The notes beneath the pieces are model-generated. The model was not told where the DNA came from, made no database searches, and saw only the letters and a list, made by a program, of their open reading frames with translations. The position numbers were made by a program, and so were the translations under genes. Below are positions 37,235 to 38,023 of a stretch of DNA of 38,023 nucleotides, piece by piece (positions within the stretch are counted from its first letter, which is position 1; each line of letters starts with the position of its first letter). The stretch is from Octopus bimaculoides (lineage: Eukaryota): NCBI RefSeq assembly GCF_001194135.2, contig NC_068993.1, forward strand, positions 37,397,802 to 37,435,824, in the 5' to 3' direction.

Positions 37235-38023
37235 CGATGTTGTTGTTGATGTTGTACTAGGTCTTATGCCCTGTTAGTACTTCATTAAAAAAAGTGTTGA
37301 TGTTATCGTTGTGGAAATACACAATTCGGAACATACATGGACATATATAAATAAATGCATAGAAATGCATACATGCACACACGCACATAGACACTGACAA
37401 AATATGTGTATGTGTGTGTGTTTGTGTGTGTAGACATATGTATAGACATAAATACATATACAAACACATGTAAATATGCATATATATACTTATATACTTT
37501 CACCATGCTCTCATTTCACCTCTCCCCACACTCTGTCACTTTACATACGTATATATATACTTACATACTAACATATACGCATATATGTATGTGTATGGCA
37601 TTAGTGTGTGCTGTATGCATATATATATGTATATGTTTATATAAGTATGTATGTATATATGTATATATCTATATATGCTTGTGTGTATATTTGTGTGGAT
37701 GCACAATATCAAAGATAAGAGAAAAAAGCCTTTAAATATTTTATGGATATACGAAAATATGATAGTAATTATATGTATATACGTGAGATTGTGTCTGTGT
37801 ATATATATGTATACATATGTGTGTGCGTGTGTGTGTGTGTATTGGCATGCACATATATACAAGCACACACACACCCACGGACACACATATATATAGAGAC
37901 AAAAATGCTAATATATACCGGATTCTATGTATAAACATATATGCGTCTCTACGTATATACAAATATGTTTATACACACACACATTCATACATACATTATC
38001 TCTCCCTCCCTCCCTCCCTCCCC

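Overview
This is a repeat-saturated, AT-rich animal genomic window from a gappy draft assembly, with 12 N-gaps totalling about 6.0 kb, most abutting microsatellites. The repeat families look like those I recall from octopod cephalopods; that is inference, not a search result. No intact protein-coding gene is visible, and nearly all long ORFs in the track are microsatellite or N read-through. Identifiable content: (1) a 5'-truncated, frameshifted R4/Dong-like non-LTR retrotransposon (RT C-terminus, zinc knuckle, restriction-like endonuclease; 27653-29430) with (TAA)n tracts on both sides; (2) a decayed, internally deleted mariner (23360-24551, minus) interrupted by a 271-bp hAT-type MITE with an 8-bp TSD; (3) about 25 copies or fragments of tRNA-derived SINE-like families, labelled A-D here, two with clean 12-bp TSDs, including a same-strand cluster of family B at 29452-30892; (4) two minimal hammerhead-ribozyme-like motifs of the Penelope type, each with a core mutation: one in a 65-bp-arm palindrome (64-202) and one in a 237-bp insert bounded by a 15-bp direct repeat (27319-27585); (5) several fold-back structures (9003-9541, 22596-22791, 32825-32918); and (6) one weak candidate 72-nt exon (11056-11127, minus). 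Alignments were done by eye, so boundaries of diverged repeats are approximate to about 10 bp.
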